A DNA stretch of 64,000 bases, from NCBI RefSeq assembly GCF_038025025.1, contig NW_027117343.1:930001-994000 (forward strand), written 5' to 3'. The notes below the pieces were generated by a model. It was not told the DNA's origin. It made no database searches and saw nothing but the letters and a program-made list of their open reading frames with translations. Source of the stretch: Phyllosticta citribraziliensis (taxonomy: Eukaryota). Position 1 is the first letter of the stretch. The number at the start of each line of letters is the position of its first letter. This document shows positions 60,469-64,000 of the stretch, piece after piece. The position numbers were made by a program, and so were the translations under genes.

Positions 60469-61110
60469 ATGGCGTCCACAATGACAGGGCCCCAGACCGG
60501 CGGCTGCCTCTGCGGAAACATCAAATACCAGATCCAACCCGCCGCCGAACCCGTCTACAGCGTCATCTGCCACTGCGATAATTGCAAGCGGGCCACGGGA
60601 ACGCATTACCTCTGCAACACCATTTTTCAGAAAGATGTATGTACCTTCGAGCTCCCTGCAAGCTACCTACTGCGTTGGACGGTCCGGCCCCTAACTTGCC
60701 CAAGCACTTCTCCTTGACATCAGGTGCGCCCAAGACATATCGCGACGGCGCCACCGACTCAGGCACGCCCCTGTACCGCCACTTCTGCGGCGACTGCGGC
60801 AGCGGTCTTTTCATCACGACACCGCTGGTCGATGGCATTGTGTCCATTCTCAGCGGGACGTTGGACCGGGCTGCCGTCAATTGGAAGCCGAACAAAGGTG
60901 CGGAAGAAACCATCTCTTCTCTTCATCTTGATTTGAATTCGGTCTTTGGGGCATCCCTGATTATGCTTGTTTGGCTGACTGGTGAGTGTAGAGCAGTATA
61001 TCGAGGACAAGTCGCACTGGCTGCCGGATTTTGAGTTGATTGAAAAGGAGGGCGTCCAGTTGAGACATGCAAAGGGCCCGAGCCTAGACAAACTCAAGCC
61101 TGCTGAGTGA
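60469..61110 (+). CDS. GFA (glutathione-dependent formaldehyde-activating)/Mss4-like Zn-binding protein
   Basis: GGCLCGNIKY, CHCDNCKRATG, RHFCGDCGS, GTLD. Introns ~60636-60704 and 60898-60992. Confidence 0.92.
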
Positions 61111-61805
61111 TTCACGTGGTTGAAAGCATGAAAGCAGCTCAGAAGCTTTCGTGGAAGACACCTGGCACAATATCAGTAGGCCTCAAAAGCGCGTGCCATC
61201 TGTATACGAACATAAAAACGGCGCATTGGTGCAGCCGACCAAAGCCGAGTTGATTCAAAGCACTATCCCATCTATTCAAAAAACTCCATGCGCTCTCTGG
61301 ATATCCCCCTTGCCCATGCATGCAGTAAAAACGTCTTCAGAAAGAAAAGAAAAATGCAAAAGTCTACTTCCAAACGATGCAACCTTTCGCCAGACATGCT
61401 CATCAAAGTACGAATGCTGGTCAAATATGTGCATCAATCATCCTCTCGCAACAAAAAGATCTTACACTTGCTCTGTTCGTGCCTCGCCTCTGGTCATTCG
61501 ATTCGTCGAAATGGCCAAGCTGCCAGAGTCTTTTCAAACGCTTAAAGTTGCCCTGCTCGCGAGATTGTGGACGACGTGCGAGTCTTGAGGCAAAAGCGCA
61601 TTGGTTGGTGCTTCAAATCGGAATGCGAAGTGTGTCCAACATAGCCGTGACAACTTCATCCTCCATCTTTGAAGAAGTCACCCGGTCACCTCGACTTCCA
61701 TCCTTCATGAGCTCTTGTTGATGCGGCGACATGGTTCAGCCTCGACTTGAGCCGAACCTAGTCTTCATGCAAGTGGAGATTGGCGTGAGCAGACACAGTT
61801 GGCAA

Positions 61806-64000
61806 TCAAATCTGGCTCTTTTGTTTGATTTCGATCCGGCCTTCTGGTTTCACATTAATTGCTGTATCTTTGGCAGAGCCAAGGTCATGCGTGGGTGGTA
61901 AATGTGGAGAAGCGATATCATCATGCGGTCCGACGTCGTCATGAAGCTTTGCCCTCTCTGCTGAATTTTTTTCCTGAGTTGTTCCCTTCTCCTTAGATGC
62001 GGGTTCTTCTTTGGCTTTGTCCTTAGGCGGGGCGACGTCTTTGGTCTTGTCCTGAGGTGGAATTTCGTCCTTTGGCTTGTCCTTTGTAAGAGTTTCGCCT
62101 TTTGGCTTGTCCTTTGTGGGAGCTTCATCTTTTGGCTTGTCCTTGACGATAGCTTCATCTTTTGGCTTGTCCTTGGTAAGAGCTTCGTCGCTCGGCTTGT
62201 CCTTGGCGACAGCTTCATCCTTGAGCTTTTCCTTGGCGAGAGCGTCGTCCTTGGATTTCTCCTTGGCAGGTTTCTCATCCTTCACATCCTTCACAGGTGT
62301 CTTGTCGGCCGCTGGCTTGTCCTTCGACGCTGGTCCATCTTTGGGTTTGTCCTTTTGAGGTGCCTTGTCTGCGTCCTTGGCTTTATCCAACTGCTTGTCT
62401 TTCACCTTGGCTTTGGCATACTTTTCTGGAGAAATATAAATGTCCCACTTGAACGGATGGAACAATCCTGGAGGGACGCAGGTATCCTGTTTGAGGAAGT
62501 CGGACCAAAGAAGCTGTGCGTAGTGATGATATCCTTCTCGAGGCCACCACCAAGACAGCTTCTCCAACACCTTGTGAGGAGCGCCCTCCCAGTTGTAGAC
62601 GCTGTCGGCACCACCTCCAAGATTCTGTGGTCCGCCAGAATTGAAGAGCCAATCGAGCATGGAGTCGTCTTCAGTGCCGTTGTAGTACAGTGGATGTTTT
62701 GCATGCACTGCTTTAAATCCTTTGCGGAACGCAATGGTCTCCATGGTTGCTTCAGACGCCATCCAAAACCCATATTGCTGCTGCAAAACGTGGACCTCGT
62801 GCAGCAAACGCTTGGAAGTCCGAGTCATGGCAACGGGAGCAGCGAAATGAGGCAGCTTCTTTTGCTTGGTATGGTACGGATCGTTGTGCACCATGCCCCT
62901 GAAAAGCCAAAAGTTTGTGTTACGAACATCGACAATCGGCGCAAGCGTGATGAGGTCTGCTTCCTCCCCGACTCCCCATTTGTATCCATGCGCGCGAATT
63001 TCGGCCGCACGATCGTCGTTCAAAAGAGTCTCGTTCATGAGCGACCACAAGTCTCGCCAGGAGCCCATGAGGCTCGGAATGTACCACGCCGAGTTCATCT
63101 GTTGCAGGTAGAGCCGGGGTTGCTCTCGCGCCCACGAGGCGATGCGCTCGAGATTCTGGAGGTGTGGGGACGAGCTACGAAAGTCCATTTCGAACTGCCA
63201 AAAGTATTCAAAGTCGGCTGCTATGGTCGCGGAGAAGAGCTGGAGCGATTGGTACGCCTGGTGTATGTAGCTGCCAACTGATCAGCCAAGGGTGAAGTGT
63301 GTGGAGAGTGGCTACGTACCTGTGTTCTGGTACGGCCGGGTACCAAGCTTTGAGAAGGTTTTCATTCCACAGGTAGGTTATGCTTTGGAACTCTTTGGGC
63401 ACGCTTTTACGAAGCACGCGATCATAAGCTTTGCGATCCAAGAAAATGCGCTCCTTTGAGTTTTTGACTTGGACCAGAATGAAGACCTCGTACTTGCCTC
63501 CAGATTCCAGAGACAACTCGACAATCATCGATCTGATGAAGGCGATGATGTCGCCTGCCCAGTTGAAAGTGTCCGTAGTGCGCAGAACCACAGCTGTCCT
63601 GGTCTTGCGCTGTATTTCCAGCTTGGCGCGCAGAGGTTGTTCTTCCTGCGCTGCGCCTGGGTCTGGTAGACGAAAGGTCTTCCGAAGCCCGACATCATGG
63701 AGGAGACCATTTTTCCAGGCGCATGAAGACTGCTCTTGTCCCCAGTCTCTATCTTTCCACAAGCCTTGTCCCGCGCCAAAGTAGTCGTCTATCGAGTATC
63801 CGTAAGCACGCAGGCGGGTGCTGACATTGTAGCATTTGGTGGTGTCGTCGTCGAGTAAATCTGGAAGACCAAAGAGGTGGCGGATGGCTGGCAGGAAAAA
63901 GCAGTGTGAGCCAAGCTGTCCAAGACCAAGGGGAGAGCAACGTACTCTGGGGTTTTTGGTGACCTGGAGTCTTGGCGTAGCGGGCGCGGAGGGAGAGTTG
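61806..64000 (-). CDS. DUF3405 family protein (3' part; 5' end outside the window) with charged repeat tail
   Basis: RTAVVLRT, IRSMIVELSLESGGKYEVFILVQV, VPKEF, FEYFWQFEMDFR, WGVGEEADLITLAPI, RTSKRLL, SE, LFHPFK. Introns ~63945-63891 and 63319-63271. Confidence 0.85.
61990..62400 (-). repeat. 30-bp coding minisatellite (KDKPKDExxx decapeptide repeats)
   Basis: tttggcttgtcc recurs at 62071, 62101, 62131, 62161, with degenerate copies on both sides; protein KDKPSDEALT KDKPKDEAIV KDKPKDEAPT KDKPKGETLT KDKPKDEIPP. Confidence 0.93.

Noticed and set aside
62355..63281. 308-aa plus-strand ORF
   Set aside because: Antisense shadow of the DUF3405 exon.
1..64000. Functional gene cluster (chromosome/cytokinesis genes, mitochondrial genes, or secondary metabolism)
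   Set aside because: The genes are interspersed housekeeping loci with no shared motif I could see; no PKS, NRPS or terpene backbone gene and no pathway transcription factor are present.

Overview
Eukaryotic DNA from a filamentous ascomycete (Pezizomycotina; Dothideomycete-like is my impression only). It is gene-dense, with short ~45-60 nt GT-AG introns carrying CTRAC-type branch points. About 26 protein-coding genes can be supported. They include myosin II heavy chain (cut by the left edge), a Red1-like zf-C3H1 protein, two SDRs, a BTB-like protein, complex I 9.5 kDa subunit, WBP1, a class I glutamine amidotransferase-like protein, CENP-O, an acetyl-CoA transporter, a 2-Cys peroxiredoxin, a Tay1/Teb1-like double-Myb protein, SCO1, an OPT transporter, YAE1, a PNPOx-like protein, an F-BAR RhoGAP, an ABC1 kinase, an ASH1-like SET protein, ERF2, an MLRQ/NDUFA4-like protein, an F-box protein, a GFA protein and a DUF3405 protein (cut by the right edge). 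I found no tRNA, rRNA, CRISPR or recognisable transposon. Four signals are not explained by these genes. (i) A repeat-rich island at 11.6-13.4 kb holds a frameshifted 33-bp array, a 117-bp duplication and a ~100-bp array with TCACGTG E-boxes directly upstream of the BTB gene. (ii) A 70-codon single-TM ORF stops 4 nt before the CENP-O ATG, suggesting a bicistronic or reinitiation arrangement. (iii) The OPT gene has a 207-nt intron that folds into a nested multi-stem RNA structure. (iv) A spliceable orphan unit at 18.2-18.6 kb has intron signals that work on both strands. All family calls come from motif recognition by eye, not database searches. Exon boundaries are manual and may be off by a few bases.
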